The notes under the pieces are model-generated. The model was not told the origin of the DNA, did no database searches, and saw nothing but the letters and a program-made list of their open reading frames with translations. Positions 40,611 through 49,666 of a stretch of DNA of 64,000 nucleotides are shown piece by piece (the first letter of the stretch is position 1; every line of letters starts with the position of its first letter). Source of the DNA: Candidatus Altimarinota bacterium (lineage in GTDB: Bacteria > Patescibacteriota > Gracilibacteria > UBA1369); assembly GCA_963677745.1 (NCBI GenBank), contig OY782391.1, positions 1,056,001 through 1,120,000 on the forward strand, given 5' to 3'. The translations under genes were made by a program, and so were the position numbers.

Positions 40611-42257
40611 TTGTCCACCATGGAGCCTTCAATAGATAAAAAAACACGCACTCCGGAAGAACTTCGACAAAGGCTTTCCCTGGCGATTCAATTGCCTCAG
40701 GATGCCAAAAGGTTTTTTAGCGGACAGCGCCTGGAAGAGCTGATCAGGGTCTTTCGTGACCCTGCGTTGGTCGAGCTGGATATGATGGCCAATGATCCTG
40801 CTATTGCTGAGGATATGGATTTTATTGAATATTGCACCTTTTTGCCGGAATGGAGGAGCGTAAACAAGAAATTTGACAAAGCCGGCAAGGAACTTTATGA
40901 GTTTCTTAAAAAAGGCGTACCTGCGGCTGTCCGCAAAGTTACGGACTGTACGCAATCGTTTCATCCGGGACCGGTATTGGAACTATATAGTGCCGTAACG
41001 CGCCTGATTATTTCCCTGTCTGTACATCAGCCAGGCATAAAAACGCCGTTTGCAGCCAATTTGCAGACCAATCTGCTGATCGATACCTATGCCCGCTTGA
41101 CTTATGCAGTGATTGAAGAATTCAGAAAGGCCCCGCGTACAGTGACTTACCGGGGTGCAGTCCAGGATGTTACTGATCTGCTCAGCGGCAGGTTGGGGGA
41201 TCTGGTGAATAATCTTTACCAGACCAACAAACATTTGTTTCCCTGGGGATTGCCCGGTTATGCGGAACAGAAGTCAATTTATCAGATTCTTCTCAACAAC
41301 GAGAACTTTTTCAGGAACTTGGCTGAATTGCAGAAAATCGGATCTGTCAGCAGGGATCCGAAAATACTTCAGGAGCAGATAGACGAAAAACACGAATTGA
41401 TTTTCGAACTTTTAAATGAAAATGATTTCGAGGATTTTGAGTTCACCGGAACAAATTTCCGCGTGCGATTTTCCAATATTCGCCGCCAGTTGGGAGCAGG
41501 TAGAAAAGCCAATTATCTGTTCAAGTGTAAAATTATTCTGGATCCCTCCGTCTCAGTGGTACCGGATGAACCGGTCGCCAAAAAGGGCCAGGATATGGGG
41601 CTTCTTGTTGATGTTCGTCCCGGTTATTATGATTTGATTGCCTATTCCAGCAACAGCAATCTGCACATCAGCAACGGATTAAGCTATGAAATGCTTTTCC
41701 AGGATCAGACAAAATATTTGCAAATACTAAATGCCATTTATCAGATATTTTTCGATAAAATCGGCGAAATTGACAGTGCCCGGATGAAAGAGGTCGTCAA
41801 ACAGAAAAGCGTGAAGGAGATGGCCGAGGATACGCATGAACAAATTACGGAAGATCTGGCCCCGTCTCAGCCGGCAGAAACACCGGAATTTTGGGAAACA
41901 GAATTGCCGGAAATGTCGTCACCGGAAGAATCACATGAACAACCAACTTCGGAGGTCACCCCGGACCAGACCATTCCGGAAGACCGCCCCGAACAAATTA
42001 TTCCCGAAGCCCGCAAAAGCAGCGGCGCCAACATCTCTCTGCGCGGACGCAAAGGAAATCGTGTGCTGCAGGTTCTGGAAAGCATCTTAGGGCCTTCCGT
42101 GCGCTGTGAGGGAACCAGCCACTTCATTTTTCGGGGGCGTTCCGGAAAAACCTATCCGATCTCGATTCATGGTAAAAAAGACGTTGGGGAGGGACTTCTG
42201 AAAAAATGCCTGGAAATGTACGGCATTTCCAAAACGGAGTTTGATGATGGATATTGA
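40611..42257 (+). CDS. Large protein with C-terminal HicA-like RNase domain
   Basis: C-terminal GTSHFIF...YPISIHGKKDVGEGLLKKCL..YGIS matches the HicA pattern. Alternative ATG at 40620. Confidence 0.7.
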   Translation: MSTMEPSIDKKTRTPEELRQRLSLAIQLPQDAKRFFSGQRLEELIRVFRDPALVELDMMANDPAIAEDMDFIEYCTFLPEWRSVNKKFDKAGKELYEFLKKGVPAAVRKVTDCTQSFHPGPVLELYSAVTRLIISLSVHQPGIKTPFAANLQTNLLIDTYARLTYAVIEEFRKAPRTVTYRGAVQDVTDLLSGRLGDLVNNLYQTNKHLFPWGLPGYAEQKSIYQILLNNENFFRNLAELQKIGSVSRDPKILQEQIDEKHELIFELLNENDFEDFEFTGTNFRVRFSNIRRQLGAGRKANYLFKCKIILDPSVSVVPDEPVAKKGQDMGLLVDVRPGYYDLIAYSSNSNLHISNGLSYEMLFQDQTKYLQILNAIYQIFFDKIGEIDSARMKEVVKQKSVKEMAEDTHEQITEDLAPSQPAETPEFWETELPEMSSPEESHEQPTSEVTPDQTIPEDRPEQIIPEARKSSGANISLRGRKGNRVLQVLESILGPSVRCEGTSHFIFRGRSGKTYPISIHGKKDVGEGLLKKCLEMYGISKTEFDDGY

Positions 42258-42301
42258 CACGAGCCGAAGGTGTGTTAATGTAAGCCCTAAACTATCTAGT
42301 T

Positions 42302-43087
42302 ATGAAATTCACAGACAAAGTCGTGGTTGTCACCGGAGCCGGAACTGATCCGGATCAGGAAGTAATAGGTTTTGGACATCAGATAGCCAATGATTTGTAC
42401 TATCAGGGAGCTACCGTCGCCATCATCGGCACCAGCATTAGCCGGCTGCGCGATGCCACTTTCAGAATAACCGGAAGTCACAATCCCAGTGAAGAATTTT
42501 CCTATCACTCCTGTGACGTCGCCGATGAAGAGCTGGTGGAACAGGTCTTTGATTATATCAGGGAAACTCACGGAGCGGTCTATGGACTGGTCAACAATGC
42601 CGCGGTGAATATTATTAATCCGCTGGCAGAGCTGGAATTATCGGAAATGCGCCGGGTGCTGGACGTCAATCTGCTCGGACCGATGCTTTGCGCCAAACAT
42701 GCCATCAGGCAGATGCTGGAGACGGGCAGAGGCAGTATCGTCAATGTCAGCTCCATCGCTGCCAAGAAAAGAAGTACCTGGGCTGAAATGCCGGCTTATA
42801 ATACCTCTAAAAGAGGCCTGGAAGCTGTCAGTGACAGCATTTCCCGGGATTATGGACTATTGGGGATCAGATCGAATGTGGTGCGGCCCGGCTTTGCCAG
42901 AACACCTTTTACCAGCCTCCATTTTGCCGAAAATCCGGCTCTGGAACATTCCCTGTCCGCCCGCCAGCCGTTGGGTGGACTGGTGACACCTGAACAAATA
43001 GCCGGTGGAGTCCTTTATTTTCTTGATCCGGCCTGCCCGGACAATGGCGAAATCCTGGAAATAAGTAATGGGCACATTGCAGGTTGA
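42302..43087 (+). CDS. SDR family oxidoreductase
   Basis: TGA...GFG, NNAA, NVSS, YNTSK (YxxxK) and PG. Confidence 0.92.
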   Translation: MKFTDKVVVVTGAGTDPDQEVIGFGHQIANDLYYQGATVAIIGTSISRLRDATFRITGSHNPSEEFSYHSCDVADEELVEQVFDYIRETHGAVYGLVNNAAVNIINPLAELELSEMRRVLDVNLLGPMLCAKHAIRQMLETGRGSIVNVSSIAAKKRSTWAEMPAYNTSKRGLEAVSDSISRDYGLLGIRSNVVRPGFARTPFTSLHFAENPALEHSLSARQPLGGLVTPEQIAGGVLYFLDPACPDNGEILEISNGHIAG

Positions 43088-43111
43088 CAAAAGGCAAAAT
43101 AAAGTTATAAT
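43084..43111 (+). promoter_or_regulatory. Sigma70-type promoter
   Basis: Perfect TTGACA-16 bp-TATAAT. Confidence 0.75.
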
Positions 43112-43136
43112 CATCTCTACAATTAATTTCAATTTT

Positions 43137-43610
43137 ATGAGAATGGTACCAAGAGAAACTGAAGGTGTACTAAATGTTACGCCCTCGGGCGAAGGGTCTG
43201 CTGATGATTTAGCTGGTCAATTGTCCGGTGAACAACAAGATTTCAATCATAGATTGGATGGTGTTTTGACTACTGAAAAAATTCTGGACAGAGGTGAAAT
43301 TGTCGGTCAGTACCCGAAAGCCAAAATTATGATTCGCGTTATTGGTGCTGCTTTGGGATTGGGCGAGCGATACCTGGTTATCTGGCTGGGACATTATTTG
43401 GAGAAACATGGCGATCTGCCGACGGCCCTCAGAAAACTGATCAGGTTGATCTGGCATGATGGTAACGCTACAGCCGCCCAGCTTAAAAGTTTGGTAGGAG
43501 TATTGGTTGATCTTGGTTTGATTGAAGAATGGGAAAAAGAGGTCCTGGACAGGATTCTTACCGGTTTCGAAGACCTGGAAAAGAAACGATTACTCGGCCC
43601 GCAGTTTTAA
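43137..43610 (+). CDS. Hypothetical protein
   Basis: In-frame ATG 43137 follows the promoter. Confidence 0.6.
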   Translation: MRMVPRETEGVLNVTPSGEGSADDLAGQLSGEQQDFNHRLDGVLTTEKILDRGEIVGQYPKAKIMIRVIGAALGLGERYLVIWLGHYLEKHGDLPTALRKLIRLIWHDGNATAAQLKSLVGVLVDLGLIEEWEKEVLDRILTGFEDLEKKRLLGPQF

Positions 43611-43631
43611 GGAAAATTTTAAAAAAACTTT

Positions 43632-44801
43632 ATGTCATTAGAAAATCGATCCGGTGAGGAGCATCTTATTTCCCAACCGCAAAACAGATCATTCATGGTT
43701 GAAATGGCCAAGGCCATTGCTTTGGCCCTGCCTCTGGCCGCCACTGCCTGCGGAGGATCGGTGGAAACTACCGATGAAGATGAGCCTGTAGACGCTGCTC
43801 CGATAGCGGAAACATGCCAGAATATTATTCTCAGACAAGATCCCGATCATCCAATTGCACAAATGCTCCTGCGGGGTGATCACCCTGACGCCATCGGCTG
43901 CTGGCAGATTTCCAATCCCTGTCCCAAACCGCTGCAGGTAAACAGCGCAAAAATATCCAAAAACGGAACGGCCAAACTGGATGCTTTTCAAAATTATAAA
44001 ATTTCCAAAATTTCGGATCAGCCGGTTTTAAACTCCTTATCCCAGACCATTATTTTCCCGACCGGAAACTGGGAAATTCCACCTAAATCCGCTGTGGATT
44101 TCTGCCTGGAGGCCGACGTGTCACCGGTCACGGGATGCGAGATTTCCGCCAAATTCCAGATCAATGCCGCCACCGATCTGAACATCACCTATGACGGCCA
44201 GCCTGTCACTGCGGACAATTATTTAAATGATTTCCCGGTTCTGGGAGGTGAAGACGGCATCAACTGCCTGAATCTATTTGACGCCCAAACCAGTTCCATT
44301 CCGTTACAAACCGAAGCTACGATCGCCAGCATCATTACCTGTCTGTATGTGGACGCTTCCAATGCCGGCAGCAAGGACATCATTCTTAAAAACTTTACGG
44401 CAGCGGTGGAATTTGAGGGGGCGGACGGAGTAAAAGGCGGTTTGTTGGATACCACAGATCCCGCCAATCCGGTGGCCAATGTCGGGCCGATGCAGATTAT
44501 CCACTCTACCAAAGACTCCAGCCTGTGGGTAGGCACTCCGGAGTTTTCCATCGACGGTGACGACCAGCATCTGGAATACAGCCACACTTTTCCCAATATC
44601 CACCTTGCCCCTTTAACCACACACGGAATAGACCTGGTGGTCGACATTCTGGACGTCCAGGAACTGGTCGGCAGCAAAATCCGCTGTGTTTTCAGGGCCA
44701 ACCCGCAAGTCACCGATCCTAGCGGCAAGCCGCTTAATGAGGCGACAGTCGGACCTGATCAGGACATCGTTGGCAACTGGATCACGCTGACCGCTAAATA
44801 A
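43632..44801 (+). CDS. Putative lipoprotein with two Ig-like beta-sandwich modules
   Basis: LAATAC lipobox after a long N-region; beta-rich with paired Cys. Confidence 0.65.
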   Translation: MSLENRSGEEHLISQPQNRSFMVEMAKAIALALPLAATACGGSVETTDEDEPVDAAPIAETCQNIILRQDPDHPIAQMLLRGDHPDAIGCWQISNPCPKPLQVNSAKISKNGTAKLDAFQNYKISKISDQPVLNSLSQTIIFPTGNWEIPPKSAVDFCLEADVSPVTGCEISAKFQINAATDLNITYDGQPVTADNYLNDFPVLGGEDGINCLNLFDAQTSSIPLQTEATIASIITCLYVDASNAGSKDIILKNFTAAVEFEGADGVKGGLLDTTDPANPVANVGPMQIIHSTKDSSLWVGTPEFSIDGDDQHLEYSHTFPNIHLAPLTTHGIDLVVDILDVQELVGSKIRCVFRANPQVTDPSGKPLNEATVGPDQDIVGNWITLTAK

Positions 44802-44810
44802 TCAATAAAC

Positions 44811-45284
44811 ATGTCTGCAGAACATTACGGACAACCGGTAGATCTGCGTGCCCATCACCTGTACAGCCTGCAGCAGCAGTACTCTTTCCCAATATCCACA
44901 AAAGCTTTGAAGGCTATCAAGCTGGCCGTCCTGGGTTATCAGGATCCTGAATTTCCGGAACATTTAATGAATGTCGTCGATGATATTATTAACGGAACAA
45001 CGCAAAAAGTAAGAATTGTTGACCATCATGATGCGATTTGTGAAAAATGCTCGCAAAAAAGGGAGCACCATTGTCGGGTTGCCGGCAGAAATTATTCTTC
45101 TGCTTTTCTGTCTCTGCTGGATCAGGCAATTGCTGAAAATTCCGAATTGGAAATAGGGGCCACTTATACATCGAAAGAGATCGTCGGAAGAATAAAATCT
45201 GTTAGAAAAGGTCTTATCCGCACAGCAATTCAAATACCGGCACTTCTGGAAATTGCACGGTTAATGGAAATTTCCAAGAAATAA
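44811..45284 (+). CDS. DUF1284-like metal-binding protein
   Basis: LRAHHL...GY...F..HL...DAICEKC pattern. Confidence 0.65.
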   Translation: MSAEHYGQPVDLRAHHLYSLQQQYSFPISTKALKAIKLAVLGYQDPEFPEHLMNVVDDIINGTTQKVRIVDHHDAICEKCSQKREHHCRVAGRNYSSAFLSLLDQAIAENSELEIGATYTSKEIVGRIKSVRKGLIRTAIQIPALLEIARLMEISKK

Positions 45285-45397
45285 TATTCGGTAGCCGGGG
45301 CGTGGAGGAAGTTCAAAATATTGTCTGGGAAAAGTCATGTACTTTTATAATTCTGGGAACTAAATTAATATTGTCGGGAATTCTTGTTTAATTGCCT

Positions 45398-45937
45398 ATG
45401 GAAATCCTGGATATATTGGATGAAAACGGTGGTTTGACGGGAGAAAGGAGATACCGCGAGGAAGTGCATCAGAAGGGATTATGGCATCGGGTTGTGCATA
45501 TCTGGATTTTAAATTCCCGAGGCGAGGTCTTGATTCAAAAGAGGGCAGCCCGCAAATTAACCTATCCAAATTTGTGGGTAATGTCGTGTGAAGGACATCT
45601 TTCGGCAGGCGACACTGCAAATCAGGCTGTAATAAAGGAATTGCAGGAAGAGCTGGGCTTACATGTCGAGGCCTCAGAGTTACAGTTTTTAATGGGTTAT
45701 AAGCGGCAATCCGTTACCAATAACGGTACCTATTTTGGCAATCATTTCATTGATGTTTTTCTGGTCCGGCGTGATTTAAATATTGCCGATTTAAAACTTC
45801 AGGAAGATGAGGTTGCTGAAGTAAAGTGGATAAAAATTGATGAAATGGCAGATCGGGTCAGAGCCAAAGACCCGTCTTTCAAAGATTATCCCGGACAATA
45901 TCCGGAGATCTTCGATTTACTAAAACATCACAAATAA
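45398..45937 (+). CDS. NUDIX hydrolase (IPP-isomerase-like subfamily)
   Basis: HQKGLWHRVVH, QKRA..K..YP..W, GH...G...AVIKELQEELG and LQEDEV. Confidence 0.9.
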   Translation: MEILDILDENGGLTGERRYREEVHQKGLWHRVVHIWILNSRGEVLIQKRAARKLTYPNLWVMSCEGHLSAGDTANQAVIKELQEELGLHVEASELQFLMGYKRQSVTNNGTYFGNHFIDVFLVRRDLNIADLKLQEDEVAEVKWIKIDEMADRVRAKDPSFKDYPGQYPEIFDLLKHHK

Positions 45938-45983
45938 GCCAAAAACTTTGGAGCTCCATCGTAGAGGAGGTTCACACTGGTTT
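45935..45983 (+). repeat. Intergenic direct repeat, copy 1
   Basis: TAAGCCAAAAACTTTGGAGCTCCATCGTAGA is 30/31 identical to 47860-47890; similarity continues to CACACTG. Confidence 0.9.
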
Positions 45984-46054
45984 AATCGCGGACAGGCACT
46001 TGCAATATGAATAGAGCGTGTTATAATACCGTCTTAAGCCATGGAATTGCGTTT

Positions 46055-47029
46055 ATGGAAAGGGAAAACGATTCATCTGAACAATTGGAATTATTAAATA
46101 AGGAGGCAGAAATTGAAAAGCTGAAAATGGAGGGTTTTCACAGGGCAGCCCTGTATCTTGAAAACCCTGAATTGGTTGACGGACTGACACTAAATGACAT
46201 ACTCGTTTTGAATGACCACCTGAAGCGGGGCCGCCATGACCGGGAAAAATCTATAAACGGTCGCTTGATAAAACCTGAACAGATCCCCTCTATCACTGTT
46301 GCAACCATAAACCGGATCAGGGAAGTCCTTCCCAATCCTGATCAGTCGCTTTCTTTGGAAGATGCTTTTTTAATTGAAGATATCTATCGTCGGTCCTGTT
46401 TCAGTGGACAAGAAAGATTAGTGTACGCCAGTATTGCCTGCGGTCTGTTTCATGCCGCTTATTTTTTTTCGCCATTTCCTGCTGACAGAGAACCATATTT
46501 TGTCTATGCAACGCCGGCCGCGCTCATTCGGGAAGTGCTGTCCAAAGAACAGGAAAATCCCGAAAATTTTGCCTGGGCAGAAACTATCATGAAAAAAATT
46601 ATTAATTACATAAATACCGAATTTGCCCGGGAGTATATCTATTACAGCATCCTTTACCCTAGGAGTGATGCCTGGTATCAGACTAAAAATTTAAATAAGC
46701 AGGAGAAGCAGCGCCTGGCTAAATTTGCAGGAATTAATTTAAAGGGATATAGCGGTGCAATTCATGCTTCCGGAGGTAGACAGGGACGTTATCCCGGTAG
46801 GGCATTCTGTTCAAGCCTGGAACAGGCCCTGGATCCTTTTATCCGGCCGATTATGGGATCACATATGGAAGGTCTTAAGGATTTTCATCTTCTGGCCAGG
46901 ATGAAACAAACTCCCTATGCCGAAAAATTAGCTGAAACGTTCAGAGCTCTGGCCAGGGACAATCCCCCGCATAATACTGATATTTTGCTGCTCAAAGAGC
47001 TGAATCTTGGGGCCCAGGATTTCAAATAA
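46055..47029 (+). CDS. Hypothetical protein
   Basis: ATG 46055 follows a TTGCAA-16-TATAAT promoter at 46000-46027. Confidence 0.65.
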   Translation: MERENDSSEQLELLNKEAEIEKLKMEGFHRAALYLENPELVDGLTLNDILVLNDHLKRGRHDREKSINGRLIKPEQIPSITVATINRIREVLPNPDQSLSLEDAFLIEDIYRRSCFSGQERLVYASIACGLFHAAYFFSPFPADREPYFVYATPAALIREVLSKEQENPENFAWAETIMKKIINYINTEFAREYIYYSILYPRSDAWYQTKNLNKQEKQRLAKFAGINLKGYSGAIHASGGRQGRYPGRAFCSSLEQALDPFIRPIMGSHMEGLKDFHLLARMKQTPYAEKLAETFRALARDNPPHNTDILLLKELNLGAQDFK

Positions 47030-47075
47030 TTTGGCATTCTGATATAATTAACTGATAACTAATTATTAACGTCAC

Positions 47076-47843
47076 ATGCTTAACAGTTCAGACCATTATG
47101 GTTCTGCAGAAGAGGAAGGAAGAGTATCTCTTCGGGATTTTTTGACCTACGAAAATCCGAAAATTGCGGAGTACCGGGAGTTGATGCGGCAGAACCAACA
47201 AGAAGGGTCTAGGATGGAGGACGGTTTTGCCATGCAATGGTCCGAAATTCTTTATAATCCGGGAAGTAATGATTCACAGGTAAATTATAATCCCTCCCGC
47301 TGGGAAGTGGCCCGCGACTATTTTAAAGAAAAACTATCAGGAGGCGTGCTTATTGACGTAGGAGGAAATACGGGCAATCAGATTGACACAATGCGTGCTT
47401 TCGCCAAAAAATTTGGTGCCCGCACCTATATTGATGTTGATCTGATGAATGGCGGCCCCCCGGATCCCTTTACAGCTGTCAGGGCAAACGAAAGCCAGTA
47501 TTTGGAATTACCACCCGAAGAACGCATTGGCGCAATGGATGAATACCTGGTTACCGCTGATATGCTCGATTTTGTATCCCGCCTGCCGGACAACTCCTGT
47601 AACTTTGCTGAAAATGGCATTGATCAATATATCTTGGGGACTGGCAGAAATGGTACGGAGTACGGCAAAGCCCTTTTCCGGGAGATGATCCGCGCGACCA
47701 GGGTTGGCGGCATTATCTTCGGTATTGAATCCGATATGTGGGGCAATAGTGATCCCAGACTGAAGGACATGACCGAATCATTGGGTTTCAGGAAAGGAGG
47801 ATGGGGAAACCGCCATCAAATCTATGAGAAGATCAAAGAGTGA
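47076..47843 (+). CDS. Class I SAM-dependent methyltransferase-like protein
   Basis: LIDVGGNTG, YIDVD, ADMLDF..LPDNS and EMIRATRVGG. Confidence 0.72.
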   Translation: MLNSSDHYGSAEEEGRVSLRDFLTYENPKIAEYRELMRQNQQEGSRMEDGFAMQWSEILYNPGSNDSQVNYNPSRWEVARDYFKEKLSGGVLIDVGGNTGNQIDTMRAFAKKFGARTYIDVDLMNGGPPDPFTAVRANESQYLELPPEERIGAMDEYLVTADMLDFVSRLPDNSCNFAENGIDQYILGTGRNGTEYGKALFREMIRATRVGGIIFGIESDMWGNSDPRLKDMTESLGFRKGGWGNRHQIYEKIKE

Positions 47844-47859
47844 TTAAAAGAGGCTTAAG

Positions 47860-47907
47860 TAAGCCAAAAACCTTGGAGCTCCATCGTAGAAAATGTCCAC
47901 ACTGTTT
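47860..47907 (+). repeat. Intergenic direct repeat, copy 2
   Basis: TAAGCCAAAAACCTTGGAGCTCCATCGTAGA; see copy 1. Confidence 0.9.
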
Positions 47908-47917
47908 TTCTTTTGTC

Positions 47918-48697
47918 CTATGAATTTAAATAGTCCAGATCTTCCTTGGTTAGCAGGTCCTTTTCCAGTATTTTTGCGTACTCGAATCCAAAATTGAAAA
48001 TTGAACGCTGCGTGTCGGCGATGTTGATGTTTTCGATAATCACTCCTACGGCATCCTGATGTGACATAATTGCCACCTTGTCGTCATAAATATCGATTTC
48101 GTTTTTGAAAGGGAACTTTTCTTTCGGGATCAGGTGAACTTCACGCAGTTCGGCTTTTTCAGTCTTTTTAAATTCCAGAGCGCGCTTATCATAGCCCAAA
48201 ATAGCGTTGACCCAGACTTTGCGTTCCACCTTTTTCCTGATATAGGTGGGGTAATAATCGGCTAAAAGCGTTGTCGCAGCCAGGTCCGCATTTGCCCAGC
48301 CGCAGATAGGGGTCTTGGTGGTTAATGTATCTTCCATGATTTTGATCAATCCTTCCTTTCCTTCAAAAAGGCGCATCTGCGGTACGCTAAAAAATCGTTG
48401 GTGCAGACTCAATAGCTCCGGCAAAGATTTTTCCAGTGATTTGTATTTTGTAAACTGGTCTTCCACTAACATACGCGGATCCAGTGCCTGGAAGTATCTC
48501 TGTCCTTTTTTGTCTATATGACTCACCAGACCTTTCGCTGCGAGAGTTTCCAGAATCACATAAGTTGTCGGCCGTTTGACTCCCGTCTTACGCGAAATTG
48601 TACTGGGAAGGGCTTCTTTTAATTCGAGGAGCGAGAGATAAACTTTCGCCTCCTTTTCACTTAAGCCGTTTTGTTCCAGAATGGTTACCAGATCCAT
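47918..48697 (-). CDS. TrmB-family transcriptional regulator
   Basis: GLSEKEAKVYLSLL, RPTTYVILETL..KGLV wHTH, FEGKEG and IYDDKV. Likely start is ATG 48697. Confidence 0.9.
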   Translation of the reverse strand: MDLVTILEQNGLSEKEAKVYLSLLELKEALPSTISRKTGVKRPTTYVILETLAAKGLVSHIDKKGQRYFQALDPRMLVEDQFTKYKSLEKSLPELLSLHQRFFSVPQMRLFEGKEGLIKIMEDTLTTKTPICGWANADLAATTLLADYYPTYIRKKVERKVWVNAILGYDKRALEFKKTEKAELREVHLIPKEKFPFKNEIDIYDDKVAIMSHQDAVGVIIENINIADTQRSIFNFGFEYAKILEKDLLTKEDLDYLNS

Positions 48698-48812
48698 ACT
48701 GTCAATAATTATGACAACAACTAATATATTAATTATAAACAAAGAAAACATTGAAAACAAGCCCAAAAAAGACAATTAAGTTGTTTGCAAAGTTGACAGA
48801 CCGTCAAGAAAG

Positions 48813-48840
48813 TTGACTAACACAATAGAAGTGATATCTT
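48813..48840 (+). promoter_or_regulatory. Promoter of the TrmB-divergent operon
   Basis: TTGACT-16-TATCTT with extended TG. Nearby palindromes ACAATTAAGTTGT and TTGACagaccGTCAA are candidate operators. Confidence 0.55.
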
Positions 48841-48870
48841 GTACTCTTCAATATATTAAAAAAATGTCAA

Positions 48871-49647
48871 ATGAGTACGCAAAAGATTGCAATACTGGCG
48901 GGAAATCCCAGGGTCGGACTGGATAAAAACGGCGGTCTGTTGATTGACCCTCAGTTGGAGGCTTTTGAGGAAGCCCTGAAAATTGCCGCTGATTGCCGCG
49001 ATCAGATTGCCAAGATAGTTGTACTTTTCGATCACCGGAGGGGCTTTAAAAAGAGATTCGTGGATGAAACACTGGAATTTGCTTCCAAAAAGCAAAAGAA
49101 GAAAGCTTTTGACCACTTGAAGATGTCACATTTATTGCCGGAGATCAGAAATGTTTATGAAGGACTTGCCCAAAAATACGGAGTAGCGCTCGATCAGATC
49201 AATGTTTTGAGTGAAGACATGTGCCGTCTGGAAATCTTTAAACGGATGGAGGGAAATCAGGAGTTGAAAAAATTTGCCACTAATAAACGTGAGCAGGTAT
49301 GCACCGGCGAGAAAAGCTGTTCTGTAGGAGGTAGTTGTGGAAGCTCTGACTGGGAAGAAGATGTGGATGATCAGGAAGTTCCGGAATTACGTCCGGAGCG
49401 GGTCAGCTGTCCCGGTATTGCGGCTGCAGCTATATCCTATCTGGCCAAGGGGCTCAATCAAGACGACAAAATCATCACCTGCTGGCAGTACGATCAGAAC
49501 AGGGTCAACAGCCGGAATGTGATAGTAGGTAGCCAGATAGCCAGGAATTTGCTGGGCGTGGAAAATCCGATTGAGGTTCGATATGTCCGTTGGCCGGTCG
49601 CGGCAGATGGTACTGTTGCAAGCGAAACGATTGTCAAAAATATCTAA
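48871..49647 (+). CDS. Hypothetical protein, possible HUP/class I aaRS-like catalytic fold
   Basis: Alternating beta/alpha pattern IAILAG / IVVLFDH / YEGLAQKYGV..INVLSE..R / SCPGIAA, with a Cys-rich insert. Confidence 0.55.
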   Translation: MSTQKIAILAGNPRVGLDKNGGLLIDPQLEAFEEALKIAADCRDQIAKIVVLFDHRRGFKKRFVDETLEFASKKQKKKAFDHLKMSHLLPEIRNVYEGLAQKYGVALDQINVLSEDMCRLEIFKRMEGNQELKKFATNKREQVCTGEKSCSVGGSCGSSDWEEDVDDQEVPELRPERVSCPGIAAAAISYLAKGLNQDDKIITCWQYDQNRVNSRNVIVGSQIARNLLGVENPIEVRYVRWPVAADGTVASETIVKNI

Positions 49648-49666
49648 TAATTATCATCAATCTACT

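Noticed and set aside
45935-47907. Direct repeats as a CRISPR array or classical attC sites
   Set aside because: Only two full copies 1.9 kb apart, no cas or intI gene, and no RYYYAAC/GTTRRRY boxes.
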